A stretch of DNA of 64,000 bases from positions 13,549-77,548 of IMG/VR virus record IMGVR_UViG_3300028534_000021, one strand, 5' to 3'. Shown here piece by piece: positions 24,782 through 37,200 of this stretch. A program made the translations under genes and the position numbers. Every line of letters begins with the position of its first letter. Positions within the stretch are counted from its first letter, which is position 1. The stretch is from a virus. A model generated the notes under the pieces. The model ran no database searches and was not told the DNA's origin. It saw only the letters and a program-made list of their open reading frames with translations.

Positions 24782-26614
24782 ATGTTAAGTTTAAATAGAA
24801 CTAACCAAAATGAATACCAATACCAATTATACCAAGAACAATTACAACATATTAAAAAAAATACATTATTGTATGCGAATAATCCAGAACTGGTTATCAA
24901 ATATTTTAGTATTAATATAAATCTTAGTAATAATATTGATCAAGTCGATATTTTATTTCCACAGAATGTTCCAACTGATGGAGAACTTGGAGACGATCCA
25001 GCTAACCAAACAGATTATACGGCAAGTGCTCAATCTGCTATTCATGGTACTGGTATGTTTGACAAATTTGAAAATTTTACTTATGATATTTTTGAATTTA
25101 CTCCAGTAATTGAAATGAGTCCATTTCAATATGCACCAAATAGTGATAACAATGAAGGTACTTCTGGTACAATGAGTATTATAGCAATTGATAAACCTAA
25201 AGTTGGCGATTTATTTATGTACTATAATAAAGTAAGCGATGATGGTTTTAATGTAGTAGATCAAACAGAAATTTTTCAAGTTACTAGTGTACAAATGCAA
25301 AGAACAAGTAATGATATTTTACCAATTTATTTATTAGAATTTAAAACAGCTAATATTTTATATGAGAATCTTAAAAAATTTAGTATTCATAATATATATT
25401 TTTATGATAATCTTCAAAATAATTTTATAAGTTCTGAATGTTGGGACGAGTATCAATACATTACTAAGGATAGAGATAATTTTAATTTAATAAATAAAAA
25501 TTACAATAAAGATAAAGCATATTATGAATTTAATACTTTGGAATATTTTAGTGAACTCGGAAATACTTCCACAGAACCATATATAAGTAAAAAAGTACCT
25601 TTAATATTTAATAATTTAATTAAACGTATTCAAAACAGTTCTTATAATCAATCCAGATTAAAAACCATTCGAAATATAAGTACTAATTTAAGTATAGAAG
25701 AATTTCTTAATATATCTAATAATTGGGATACTTTGTTATTAAAACCTATTCAATTAGATAATACCACTGCTCCAATTAATGTAGAAGATCTGACTGACGA
25801 ACAAAAAGAATTATTAACCAAAGATGACAAAATATTAATAAATTTAAAAAAGATTTTTATTTATGAGACTGGAGAAAGAACTGGAAATAGTACTTTTTTA
25901 ATTAAAAATATTTTATATCTTTATCTTTTTTATTATTTTTTATATAAAAATTGTGAAGGAACTATATACTCAAAAATAAAAAATTATATAGTACCAGAGG
26001 ATTTAGAAAAATTTTTAGATCCTAATACAACTTCGGAAGAATTTGAATTAGTTTTTGATAAATATCAAACCGAAGATATTGTAGCATTTGTTGATAAAGA
26101 TTTAAGAAGTAACACTTTTATAATTATCGATAATTTAGAGTACTTAATGAATCTTCCAAAATATGATGAAACTTTACCTGGATATATTCCAGATGAAATC
26201 TCATTAAGTAAAGTTCAAATTATTATTCAAAATAACTTTACTATTTATACGATTCTTTATAAATATTTAAGTACTATTTATAAATTAGCATTTTGTGAAA
26301 AAGAATATATTAAACTCCCAAATGATTTAAAAAAGGAACAAAATATTTTTAAAAATACTGATAAAATAAAAGGTACTAAATTTTACAGTTTGTTTAATTG
26401 CAGTATTAATTCAATCGTAATACCAGAGGATTTACCAAATGGTACCGATACATCAGGAAACTTCTATTGGAATAACAATGGTATTATTATTGATTATACT
26501 AATGATATTGTTTTACCTATTGGTGATTTAGGTTTACCAATCGCTTTATCATATCAGTACGGTATTCAGTATCGGGATATATATAACCCGGAAGACAACT
26601 CGCGGTGGTATTAA
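24782..26614 (+). CDS. virion structural protein, possibly neck (gp14-like N-terminal half)
   Basis: KPKVGDLFMY...IFQVTSV motif; structural context. Confidence 0.45.
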   Translation: MLSLNRTNQNEYQYQLYQEQLQHIKKNTLLYANNPELVIKYFSININLSNNIDQVDILFPQNVPTDGELGDDPANQTDYTASAQSAIHGTGMFDKFENFTYDIFEFTPVIEMSPFQYAPNSDNNEGTSGTMSIIAIDKPKVGDLFMYYNKVSDDGFNVVDQTEIFQVTSVQMQRTSNDILPIYLLEFKTANILYENLKKFSIHNIYFYDNLQNNFISSECWDEYQYITKDRDNFNLINKNYNKDKAYYEFNTLEYFSELGNTSTEPYISKKVPLIFNNLIKRIQNSSYNQSRLKTIRNISTNLSIEEFLNISNNWDTLLLKPIQLDNTTAPINVEDLTDEQKELLTKDDKILINLKKIFIYETGERTGNSTFLIKNILYLYLFYYFLYKNCEGTIYSKIKNYIVPEDLEKFLDPNTTSEEFELVFDKYQTEDIVAFVDKDLRSNTFIIIDNLEYLMNLPKYDETLPGYIPDEISLSKVQIIIQNNFTIYTILYKYLSTIYKLAFCEKEYIKLPNDLKKEQNIFKNTDKIKGTKFYSLFNCSINSIVIPEDLPNGTDTSGNFYWNNNGIIIDYTNDIVLPIGDLGLPIALSYQYGIQYRDIYNPEDNSRWY

Positions 26615-26636
26615 ATAATTTAAAGGAAAAGAATAA

Positions 26637-28649
26637 ATGTTAGAAATTACAAAAAATGATATTAGTGATGGCTTAGATTTATTAATGAATGTTCCTCAAT
26701 TAAGAGACTTAAATACAAATAAAGAATTCAAAAATATATTTAGTTCTTTAATGGAGGATATTTATTTAGATCAACCTTCCGAAATATTAGAAAATTTTAG
26801 AAATAATCCAAGTGAAAAAATAGTACAAAGTACTTTCTTAAATTATGGAATACTTCCCGAGTACTACGAAAAACTTAACCCAATTATTAAAAGAAAACTT
26901 ATTTATTATCTCGAACTTCTTTTTCAACAAAAAGGTTCTACAGATAATTTAAAAATTATCTCGGAACTATTTGTAGATTTTTTTAAAGATATAAATTATT
27001 ATGGAATATCTGTAAATAAATTACCATATAAATTAAATGGTGTTGCTATACCTCCAGGAGAATTGGATCCATTAGATCCAGAAAATACTCAACGACAATA
27101 CATACTTAGTTATTTTCTTAAACCTATTATTATATCGAAACCTGAACTACTTAAATACTTTCCAAATTTTAAAATAGATTTAACTGGTAAATATTTAATG
27201 AAATTAGAACAATTTAAAAGATTTGACGTATTTCCAATGGATACAAATCTTTTATATATTGATTTTATAGATTCGAGTTATTTATTGCATTCTGATAATT
27301 ATTTTATTAACGGTGCCTTAGCTTATACATATACTAAGTATCAAAAATTAAATATTAATTTTGATAACGATACTTATTTAAAAATGTTGGATACTTTACA
27401 ATTTATTGATTTGGATACTATTCTTCAATATTTTAATTTAAGATTTATAAGATATTCTCAATTAGGGAGAATGCAATTAGATCCAAATTATACAGAGAAC
27501 TTAATGGAAATAGATTATAAATTAAGTTCAGAAATAGCTACCTCTTTAATTTTTAACGAGGATTTATTGGATACTTTAGAAATTCTTTTATTAGAATATA
27601 AAAATCTTGGAGGAATAGATCCAAAAAAAGTAAAAGATTTATCGAGAAGATGGCAATTTATTTTACAGAGTAATTATAATGATAATAAGGTATTTAAAAA
27701 TTTTGAAGATTTAGAAAGTTTTATGATATCTAAATATCCATCATTTAAAAATTTATTTGATGAGTTTGAAAATCGACCAGGACTATATAGTGGTATAGAT
27801 GTTAAAAATTTATTACCAGAAGAAATAATAGAAGTTTCAAAAACAGATTATATAAATTTTTTAATGAATTTTTATATAAATATTTTGAATAATTTATCGG
27901 GTGGAAATGAATTTGTAGAATTATCCATCAATGGTATTTTTCAAAATATATTGAATTCAAATATATTTATTAATTACTTTTTTACTCCGGTTTTTAAATT
28001 ATTTGTAAATTATTTTATGCCTGGAAATATGGATTATATAGTTGCGTCAAGTGCTAAAGTAATAGTTAAAGATAAATTTGAAGCAATATTCGTAGAAAGT
28101 ACAAATACCATTGATATATTAAGTTGTTTTATGGATGCTAGATATTTACCTTGCAATAAAATAAATATAAAAATTAATACTAAATATTCTCAACCAAGAT
28201 ATAATATACTAACCAATAACAATATTTGGTTAAATACTATTGAAAATAATAATATTAATTATAATAATAAAATAAATTTAACCTTAAATAACCAAACTTC
28301 AGATAGGTATAATTATAATGAAAAAAATGATAATTTTAATACCAATATTATTTTAAATAAACAAAATAATGATAATATAGATAGAATGGTTAAAGGTGAA
28401 TCAGATAATCAAAAACATTATATAAATAAATATAACTTTTTGCAAGATATTTTTAATCCAAAACATATCGAAAACTATATTTGGAAATTAGAAAGAAATA
28501 CTGGTATTACCAAACAGATTGATATAAATAAAGAAATTTATGGACATTTTGGAAATAGAGATATAACACCATTAGAAGATTATGAGTATTTATTAAAAGA
28601 AAAATTATCAAATATTGATAATTATTTATTTTTTAAATATTATAACTAA
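26637..28649 (+). CDS. putative baseplate wedge protein
   Basis: LFQQKGSTDNLKII resembles the KGT motif of wedge/tail-I-type proteins; context. Confidence 0.5.
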   Translation: MLEITKNDISDGLDLLMNVPQLRDLNTNKEFKNIFSSLMEDIYLDQPSEILENFRNNPSEKIVQSTFLNYGILPEYYEKLNPIIKRKLIYYLELLFQQKGSTDNLKIISELFVDFFKDINYYGISVNKLPYKLNGVAIPPGELDPLDPENTQRQYILSYFLKPIIISKPELLKYFPNFKIDLTGKYLMKLEQFKRFDVFPMDTNLLYIDFIDSSYLLHSDNYFINGALAYTYTKYQKLNINFDNDTYLKMLDTLQFIDLDTILQYFNLRFIRYSQLGRMQLDPNYTENLMEIDYKLSSEIATSLIFNEDLLDTLEILLLEYKNLGGIDPKKVKDLSRRWQFILQSNYNDNKVFKNFEDLESFMISKYPSFKNLFDEFENRPGLYSGIDVKNLLPEEIIEVSKTDYINFLMNFYINILNNLSGGNEFVELSINGIFQNILNSNIFINYFFTPVFKLFVNYFMPGNMDYIVASSAKVIVKDKFEAIFVESTNTIDILSCFMDARYLPCNKINIKINTKYSQPRYNILTNNNIWLNTIENNNINYNNKINLTLNNQTSDRYNYNEKNDNFNTNIILNKQNNDNIDRMVKGESDNQKHYINKYNFLQDIFNPKHIENYIWKLERNTGITKQIDINKEIYGHFGNRDITPLEDYEYLLKEKLSNIDNYLFFKYYN

Positions 28650-28670
28650 TACAATATAAGGAAATTATTA

Positions 28671-29411
28671 ATGAAAAACGAAAATTTAGGCGAAATGAAA
28701 AAAATACATGTGCTTGATAGTAGTACTCTTGAACCAGAAGATAGAGTAAGTGTTATCGAAGAAACTAGTATTGTAACCGAAGGTAATTTAGGAAATAAAG
28801 AAAAACGTATTATAGGTCGTCCAAAAGTTTACGATCTCGATGGAAATCTTTTAGCAGAAGAAGAAAATTTAGTAGTTATGGGTGGACGTGAAATCGTGGC
28901 GGCTTTAATTTCGGGAATGTCTCCAGAATTAAGTAATTATAAAATTAATTATGTTGGTATTGGAACTGGTGGAACGGATAGTAATAATGGGGTACCAAGT
29001 ACAGTTGGACCATTTGATAATGATACTAATTTAGCAAATATTGTTCGTATTGCTCCAACAGAACTTAGCGATACATCAACAAATGATTATAAATATGTAA
29101 ATGATGGTTATTTAAAACGTATTCAATCCGATGGAAGTATTGTGGTATCTAGTGAGGATCATATTATTAATGGACCAACTGGCCAGATAACAGTATCAGC
29201 AAATACGGTTATTACTTACAATATTATTATTCAAAAAGATGAACCAGTAGATAAACCGGTTAAATTTAACGAGGCTGGATTATACGCTGTAGAATATATA
29301 AATGATATTCCAAGTAAAACTAATCATATTTTATTTGCAAGATTTACTACACTTGATAAATATTTAGATATTCATGATGGTATAGTAATCGAGTGGAATA
29401 TTTTAGTTTAA
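28671..29411 (+). CDS. baseplate / fibre-attachment protein
   Basis: ENLVVxxGRE, IGTGG, NEAGLY, LFARFT, IEWNI motifs typical of tail-collar/baseplate proteins. Confidence 0.65.
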   Translation: MKNENLGEMKKIHVLDSSTLEPEDRVSVIEETSIVTEGNLGNKEKRIIGRPKVYDLDGNLLAEEENLVVMGGREIVAALISGMSPELSNYKINYVGIGTGGTDSNNGVPSTVGPFDNDTNLANIVRIAPTELSDTSTNDYKYVNDGYLKRIQSDGSIVVSSEDHIINGPTGQITVSANTVITYNIIIQKDEPVDKPVKFNEAGLYAVEYINDIPSKTNHILFARFTTLDKYLDIHDGIVIEWNILV

Positions 29412-29469
29412 TACATAAAATAAAAAGAAAAAACAATAATAATAAAATAAAAAAATAAGGAAAGACAAT

Positions 29470-31512
29470 ATGGCAACATATAATATTCCCGGAATTACAA
29501 CTAGTTTAATTGATAATTCATACTTAGTTCAAAATACTGCTTCTGGACGTTGCGTATTAATAGCAGGTTTTAGTAAATACGGTACGGAAGATATATATGA
29601 ATTTAATGATCCTACTCAAGTAGATGTTAAATTAGGTTTAGAAAATATTCCTAAATTTGGATTAGGAGCTAAATTTATTAAAGGTGCTTTAACTCGTACT
29701 AATAAAGTTCTATGGAAGCGTTTAGTAGCAAACGATGCCACATATGCAAATATAGTACTTATGGAAGATTATAATTTTTATAGTACTACTACTACAGATA
29801 AAGACATTCTTACCGATGATAATTTAAAAATTAATAATCTTAAAAATTATATTAAAATTTTAGCTAAAGACCGTGGTCTTGGTTATAATGATTTAAGTAT
29901 TGTTTTTTCTCCAGCTGTAAATTTTGAAAAACTTTATTCAAATGACGAGGGAGATTTAGATTATAAATTTAACTTTTTAAATGCGAGTATTTATGAAAAT
30001 ACTTCTAAAGGTCCAGTACTTAGAGTAGCGGATATTTTAGTTTCATTAATCGATAGAGATCCAGATACTGGAGTACCTATTCTTAATATGAATACTGGTA
30101 AAGAATTATTCATAGATAAAAAATTTACAATGAATAACGAACTAATCGAAATCAGTACAAATTCCATGAAACTTTCAGAATTATATGAAAATTTAAGTTT
30201 ATCTCATGTTATTGCTGAACAAGGACGCAAAATAATTCTTACCGATCAAAGTACGGGTACTAACTTCGAAGTGTATGTTAATGAAAACGATGCTCTTAGT
30301 ATTAAAGCAACTAATACTGTTGGTCAACCGGAAGAAATTCTTAAACTTATTCAAACGGATGACAATGGTACAGTTATTACTAAAAAATATAGTATTACTA
30401 TAAATGATTCCCAAATTAATACTGCCGCTTATTATGGTAATACAGAGGGAAAATTAGTTTTAAAAATTAATGGAGAAAATGGTTTCTATAATTTATATAT
30501 AGACGAAAATGAAACTTTAACAACTTCAGTAATTCATTTTCCAAGATATGATATTTACGAAGCTCTTATTAAAAATCCTATTCAACTTACTAATGGTTCC
30601 GATGGAGAAAATGTTATTATCGATAATGTTCTTAATATGCGAGGTCCTGGTTCTGTAAAAGCTCCAAACGCTAAACAATTATTATTACAATTCTTTGATC
30701 AAGATCCATTAATTAGAGAAGTCATGTATCCTAAATACGATTTTGATTATATTCCAGATTGGACAAATGATTTTGATGTTATGACAAGTATTGTTAATCT
30801 TGCCGATGAAATTGGATTTACTATTCCAATTACTTCTCTTGGTTATAGCAAAAGCGTAGATGAAGATGCTACAAAACGTACTCAAGATTACTATGTTAAT
30901 TCATTTAATACTTTAATTTATAGTGGTCAATGTAATGAAGAACATTTTGATGAAGGTTCTGGATCTTATATTACTATTCCACATAGTTATATGGCTATGT
31001 TAATTAATCTTAAAATAGATTCTGAATATAGTATCACTGAACCACCGGCTAATATTAATAAAGGTGCTTTATTAGAAAGTTCTGTAAAATTATCTTATAC
31101 TATTACTTCGGCAGGTATTGAAAAACTTAGAAATATGCAAATTAATACCATTATTGAAGAAACTGATGGTACTTATGAAATTGATCAACTTAGCGCTTAT
31201 AAAAAAGCTTCTAAATTATCAAGAATTAATATCATTAAACCTATTCATAGGATGAGAAAAGATATTCCAAAACTTCTTAAAGATTTTATTCAAGTTAAAG
31301 CACTTGGGTCAAATATTAATGAAATTACAAATATTGTTTCTAGATATATGGATCGTTATAGAATTTCTGCTGATAACCTTAAAGATGGTATCTTCCAAGA
31401 TATTAAAATTAAAGTATATTTTATAGAAGAAGAAAATCATTTAGTAGTAAGTATTACTATTAACCCAGTTGGAACAATTGAGACAATCAGTATCCCAATT
31501 CAAGTTCAATAA
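29470..31512 (+). CDS. tail sheath protein
   Basis: N-terminal PGITTSLID, LTNGSDG, PPANINKG, QINTII, LSRINI, C-terminal ITINPVGTIETI. Confidence 0.9.
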   Translation: MATYNIPGITTSLIDNSYLVQNTASGRCVLIAGFSKYGTEDIYEFNDPTQVDVKLGLENIPKFGLGAKFIKGALTRTNKVLWKRLVANDATYANIVLMEDYNFYSTTTTDKDILTDDNLKINNLKNYIKILAKDRGLGYNDLSIVFSPAVNFEKLYSNDEGDLDYKFNFLNASIYENTSKGPVLRVADILVSLIDRDPDTGVPILNMNTGKELFIDKKFTMNNELIEISTNSMKLSELYENLSLSHVIAEQGRKIILTDQSTGTNFEVYVNENDALSIKATNTVGQPEEILKLIQTDDNGTVITKKYSITINDSQINTAAYYGNTEGKLVLKINGENGFYNLYIDENETLTTSVIHFPRYDIYEALIKNPIQLTNGSDGENVIIDNVLNMRGPGSVKAPNAKQLLLQFFDQDPLIREVMYPKYDFDYIPDWTNDFDVMTSIVNLADEIGFTIPITSLGYSKSVDEDATKRTQDYYVNSFNTLIYSGQCNEEHFDEGSGSYITIPHSYMAMLINLKIDSEYSITEPPANINKGALLESSVKLSYTITSAGIEKLRNMQINTIIEETDGTYEIDQLSAYKKASKLSRINIIKPIHRMRKDIPKLLKDFIQVKALGSNINEITNIVSRYMDRYRISADNLKDGIFQDIKIKVYFIEEENHLVVSITINPVGTIETISIPIQVQ

Positions 31513-31556
31513 TCCTCTTGGATTATTGATTCAATAAATCAAATTAAGGAATTATT

Positions 31557-32318
31557 ATGGCATTTAACGCAATTAGCTTTAGTAACGTTAGCTCTGCTGT
31601 CTATGGAAATAGATATCAAGGTGGTTCAAATTTAGAAAAAAATGCACATCCGTTTATTAAAGGATACTTTTACGTACTTTTCGAATTTCCGGATATTTTT
31701 GAACAAGGTGATAAAACAAATTTATCAAATCTTCTATTATCTTCAGCCGAGTCTTATACACCACCAGGAGATAGACAATTAAAAACCGAAGATATTATGG
31801 GTATGGGTGGAGTTGATGCTACATTCGTAACTGGTCAGCAAATCGATCGTAACTTTAGTATCCAATATAAAGAATATTGGGGAGCACCAATATTTAGAAT
31901 TCATCGCCAATGGACTTCAATTATTGATCCGTATAGTGGTGGAGCAATTAAGAAATCTGCTACTGATTCAGTATCTAATTTTGAGGTGGGTTCTTATAAA
32001 GGTAAAGTATGGATTATTCAAACTAAACCAGTTCTAGGAAATACTGCAAATAAATTCGTTATCGATGATATTATTAAAGTTGATTATATGGATGGTGTTT
32101 TCCCTAAAACCGATCTTAAATCAATTTACGATTCTAATATTACAGATAACTCTTTAGTTCGTCCAAATATTCAATATTCATTCGATGGTTTTCCATTAGA
32201 TGAAACTAACGATTTAGTTAAAAAGGAAGCACTTGATAAACTTAATGAAGTTCTAGTAATTGATGATACTTTATCTAAACATTCTTATAATGTTTTTGAT
32301 CAATTAACAGAAGGTTGA
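31557..32318 (+). CDS. tail tube protein
   Basis: Directly follows the sheath; FSIQYKE...HRQW, DGVFP, IQYSFD pattern of T4 gp19-like tubes. Confidence 0.75.
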   Translation: MAFNAISFSNVSSAVYGNRYQGGSNLEKNAHPFIKGYFYVLFEFPDIFEQGDKTNLSNLLLSSAESYTPPGDRQLKTEDIMGMGGVDATFVTGQQIDRNFSIQYKEYWGAPIFRIHRQWTSIIDPYSGGAIKKSATDSVSNFEVGSYKGKVWIIQTKPVLGNTANKFVIDDIIKVDYMDGVFPKTDLKSIYDSNITDNSLVRPNIQYSFDGFPLDETNDLVKKEALDKLNEVLVIDDTLSKHSYNVFDQLTEG

Positions 32319-32366
32319 GTTTAACTAATTAGTGACACAAAAGTTATTATAATGTAAGGAGTCGAT

Positions 32367-32558
32367 ATGACTTACGAATTTACAGATATCGATGGTAATC
32401 CAATTGCCATCCCACCAATTACTTTAATAGATTATAAAGGTATTACCTTGGTTGGGAGGGATACTCCAAATTGGAATTTACCTTTTCAACAAAACTTTGT
32501 TAAATTAATTGATCGTATTGCAGCTCTTGAAGCTCAATTAGGAATATCTAAATCATAG
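32367..32558 (+). CDS. small virion protein, paralogue of the 18830 N-terminus
   Basis: YKGITLVGRDTPNWNLPFQQNFVKLIDRI; AAGGAG RBS. Confidence 0.7.
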   Translation: MTYEFTDIDGNPIAIPPITLIDYKGITLVGRDTPNWNLPFQQNFVKLIDRIAALEAQLGISKS

Positions 32559-32588
32559 AAGCCTTTTGGCTTCTATGATTTCCTGTCG
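32550..32588 (+). terminator. hairpin + CCTGTCG element (copy 8)
   Basis: AAATCATAGAAGCC-TTTT-GGCTTCTATGATTT then CCTGTCG. Confidence 0.6.
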
Positions 32589-32600
32589 CCGTATTCGTAT

Positions 32601-32764
32601 AAAATACGCGAGTTTTTATCTATAGTTAACTATTCGTACACGCACTATAGATAGTTAACTATCAGTACCATCAACTAAAGAGACAAACGTATATAGATAA
32701 CTATACTTACTATTAATACCACGTGGTATCAATAGTTAACTATAGATAAAAACTCGAATATTTT
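32601..32764. repeat. 164-bp element with 34-bp terminal inverted repeats and ATAGTTAACTAT units
   Basis: 32601-34 vs 32731-64 match 32/34 as inverted repeats; 32601-32743 matches the reverse complement of 55689-55831 at 138/143. Confidence 0.85.
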
Positions 32765-32819
32765 AAAAAGCTTCTATAAGATATAAAGAACTAAATAATA
32801 ATTAAATTAAAGGAAAAAC

Positions 32820-34217
32820 ATGTCTGGAAAATTAGTAGGAAAAAAATTTGTTGGTATTATAGCGGATTATTTTGATGAAAAATACCCAACAAAATATTTT
32901 GTACATATACCATCAATTGTTACAGAAGATAAATTAGTACTTGTAGAAAATAAATTGAATAATTACAGCGCTGTAAAATTAAAAAATACGACTACTTCTG
33001 TTTTTTCTGGTTCGTATGCTCCATTAATACCAGGTACTAAAGTAATAATAGAATTTCGTACTAATAAAATAAGTACTGGGATGATAACAGAATTGCATTA
33101 TGATTCCCAAGCAGTTCCTCCTGGACAGGCAGTAGATAGTTATTATTTAATTACTGAAACTCCAAATGGTTCTAGAATATATTTTGATGATTCTAAAAAT
33201 AGATTTCATATAAGTAATTCAAACAAAACTGATTTTTTTATGGATGATAATAGTATTATTATGCAAACTAGCGATGACGCAAATGAACCAACATCATCTT
33301 TCGAATTATCTAAAAATGGATTAATAATAAGTTTTGGTGAAAGAAGTATTGTATTTAGTGAAGCAGGTTTTAGTATCAATAGTGGAGATAAAGCAAACAC
33401 ATTTATAAATATAACCGATAAAGGTATAGCTATAAAAGGTGAGGAATTTTTATCATTCGATACTCAAAAATTAGATATACGTGGAGAAAGCGTAAATTTT
33501 CAAAGTATGGGTCAAATGCACGTTAGAGCGAATACTTTAAATTTGACAGGTACTCAAAAAGCGGCTTTAAATTCTAGTGTCGTACATGTTGAAGGATGGT
33601 TAAGTACTTATTTAAAAGCTGGATTAACGTTAAATTTAGAATCAAAAGTATTTTATAGAACACAAAGTTTAATAAATGATGAGACAAACTTAGCTTATAA
33701 ACACGTCTATTCTGCTATGGAAAGTAAAGAAAGTACTATGTCTGCAGAGACAAGTACTTTTAAAGCAAATGCTATAGGTACTATGGCAAACGATGGGGTT
33801 ATTTTAAATAATCTTGGTGTAGCAGCTTCCGTTGCGCCATCGTTGGCGGCTAGTATTATCGCGGCTAGTACTTCTATACACCTTGGATTTATGGCGTTTG
33901 GTACATTTATGAGTCTTGATAATATTGCTTCAAGTGTTGTTGGTTCGGTATTATCAGACGCAATGATTGCAGATACCGCTTCAATCGCTTCACCAACAGA
34001 TAAAAGTATTTCTGGTGTATTTTTTAAAAAAGATAATATAACGAAAACTTTCTTAAATGAATTACACGAAAATCAACACAGAAATAAATTACAATATTCA
34101 GAAGGCGTAAGAGATTATTATAAAACAGGTGATAATAATCTTACATATACTTATGATAATTTTACTGATTTAAATGTTGATTTAAGTATTCTTTCTAGTA
34201 ATTTTTTAAAAGGATAA
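32820..34217 (+). CDS. baseplate hub / central spike protein (gp5/VgrG-like)
   Basis: N-terminal OB-fold-like PLIPGTKVIIEF, ETPNGSRIYFDDS, then beta-helix-like repeats. Confidence 0.7.
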   Translation: MSGKLVGKKFVGIIADYFDEKYPTKYFVHIPSIVTEDKLVLVENKLNNYSAVKLKNTTTSVFSGSYAPLIPGTKVIIEFRTNKISTGMITELHYDSQAVPPGQAVDSYYLITETPNGSRIYFDDSKNRFHISNSNKTDFFMDDNSIIMQTSDDANEPTSSFELSKNGLIISFGERSIVFSEAGFSINSGDKANTFINITDKGIAIKGEEFLSFDTQKLDIRGESVNFQSMGQMHVRANTLNLTGTQKAALNSSVVHVEGWLSTYLKAGLTLNLESKVFYRTQSLINDETNLAYKHVYSAMESKESTMSAETSTFKANAIGTMANDGVILNNLGVAASVAPSLAASIIAASTSIHLGFMAFGTFMSLDNIASSVVGSVLSDAMIADTASIASPTDKSISGVFFKKDNITKTFLNELHENQHRNKLQYSEGVRDYYKTGDNNLTYTYDNFTDLNVDLSILSSNFLKG

Positions 34218-34220
34218 TGA

Positions 34221-37200
34221 ATGATTTATACAGAACGTGATAGTTCTTTTGAATTAAATTTAGAAGGTTATTCCGAAATAGCTTTCGTTGATTTAATTCA
34301 GAAGGATACGGAATCACCCACCGACCTATATTTCGATACTATCGATATAACAGCTGGAAGTACTAGTACCGGTACACCAACATACGATAATAATACATTT
34401 AATTTTTATTGTAATATTAATTTTAATGTTACGATGGATTTCGCTTTACCAAATTTTTTATCTAAACCAAGACCTAACTTAACTTTATTTACAAAAGCCG
34501 ACGAATTTAGTTATGAAATATCAAGATTAAACGATACTTTAATTCAGGTGTTCCAACAGATGGGTTGTTGTAATATATCGGACGAATATAATAAAACAGT
34601 AGTACCAATTTTTAGATATTTGGCTAGTTCAAAAGAACATACCGATTGTGGTTTATCTCCAAATTTAGCTCCAGATAGTTGTGGAGGAGATTCTAATTTC
34701 ATGAAAGAAATTTTAGGAATTGTTAGGGATATTACTAAAGTTTATACCGCTATAGAACCTTTATTTTGTCTTATATCTCCTATTCCGGGTAATCCTTGGC
34801 TCCCGGTAGATTTTAACTGGATGGCTCCAATACTACCGTATATCCAATCCTTTCAGCAAATGATGGATAAAATTATGTCTGGATCACTATTTGATATAAT
34901 TATTAAACCTATTAAAGAATTAAATAATAAGATAATAAATTGTACCCAGGTAAAATCACAAAGAAGTATTAGCGTATCTTCAAGGGAGACTAGTCAAAAA
35001 GATTCAGAAGAATTAATTAAAATTATGAAAGATTTAAAAGACCAAGAAATTTTAAGTAATTCTTTGGTATTAACGAATTCTAATAATCAACCGGCCGTAT
35101 TAACATTAAAGGAAAAAATAGAATCAGAAACTCAAAATTTTGTGGCTAAACAAGAATTACAACAATCGCTTTATGAAACTTTACAAAAATATGCTCCTAT
35201 AAATAATATACCAAAAGCTAACGATGTCGAAGCAAATAAATTAGCCGAAATAAGAAATCCTGGTCAAGGTATATGTAGATGTTTGTTAAGAATGGCCAAT
35301 TTAGAAATAAAACTTCCAAAATTTCCAAAAGCCGAAATAAGAATATTACCAACCTCTTTAAAGTTAATAGATAATATTTATAATAATGATTTATTAAAAT
35401 ATACCGATGAAACGGCATATGATATAACATTAGGCGAAGTATTGGATACTACATCAAGTACCGAAAATTTAACATTTAGTAAAAATTTAATAACTGATTT
35501 TAATTTTATAGAAAAATTTAAAGGATATATGGATAAAACTGGAAGTAGATCTTTTTATATAGATACTGAGGTTTTAACTCAACTTGATAATACCATTTCC
35601 CCAACAACTATTGAAATAACAACGGAAAAATTTATAGAAATTTATAGAGGTTTATTACCAGATTTTCAATTTGCTTATACAGATAAATCCGAATATATAA
35701 AGGAAACTATTAATACTATTAACACATGTATTACTCCAACGTGGAATGGAATTAATTTAAATATACCAGAAACTGGATCAGGTTTACCATCTACTATATT
35801 AAATACGAATAAAATCTTAATAGCTAAAATAAATGAAATACAAAGATATGAAAATCAATATATAGGGCAATTAGATGCTATTAAAAAAAATGATTATGTA
35901 AATTGGAAAACATATAAAGAACAAGCTGATAATATAATGAAGCGATTAAATACTAATTTGGATTTAACTGATTATTTTGATTTGACCGAATACGATTTAG
36001 GTTTAGATAGACTTAGACAACAGCAGATGTATTTGGATTTCTTTGGTACTTATTTAGATATTGATATTAATACGGATTTTTTTGATAATCGGTTATATGA
36101 AAAATTAATGTTTTATAGCGATATAGCACAAACCAGTATTTATAATATATGTTTGGAATATGTTGCGGCTAGAAAAGAAGTAACTTATTTTGACGAAATA
36201 TCTGGAGATAATTATAAAGCGTATGCAAGTACTCAAATAGAATTAGTAGCTTCTAAAATTAAAACATTAATACAGCGATATAATCTTACATATGAATTTG
36301 CTATTAATACGGATTATTCTAATGAGGGGGAGTTAGCAAATATTTTATTAACTTTCGAATCGTTAGAAGATTTTGAAAATTATTTAAATGATTTAAAAGA
36401 TATTACAAATAATCCATTTGGACAATATTTTTTAAATACATTATTAGATAATTACAAGTACTTAATTTATAAAAGTATAAAAGGTACTTATATTTTCGAT
36501 GTATCTTACAATACATTAATAGAAGATACTAAAAATAAATTAATTACTAATTTGCCTACTATTACTATTTCTGGACAACAATATAATTATATTTATTATA
36601 GTATTAAAATACTTCAATGCGAATCATATAAATTAACATTATTTGAGGTTCTTAATAAAAATATCGCTTTTGATTTTTACTTAACCGATTATCCAGAAAT
36701 TGATTGTGGTTGTGATACAATAGTTTGTCAATTAATTCGGATGGTTATGGATTTTATATTGTATTATGTAAATATGTTTTTAGGATGGTTATTGCAATTA
36801 ATGTTGGATTGGCTTATTCCAAAATGGCTACGAGCATTAATAGATTTAATTATTTATAAATTAAAATGCGTTATGGAAATTGTTTATATGAAGGATACTA
36901 TGTCGCTTATAGATAGAGTATATGAAAATTTTTTAAATAATTTAAAAACTAGGGTTAATAATTATCCTTATGAAAACTGTGCGAATAATGCTATCGAAGC
37001 AGCCTTACATCAAATTACCGATAATTATAATGAAGAGAATGGTACTGACGTTACCCTCACTTATAATGATACCGAGAAAGAATTAAAAAATCATATAGTA
37101 AATGTAGATTTCGTGGATATTAATAAAAGACCAATTACTAATACCACTATGGATCAATGGGTTACCGTAAATATTAAAGTAACTTATGATATTGGGGCGA

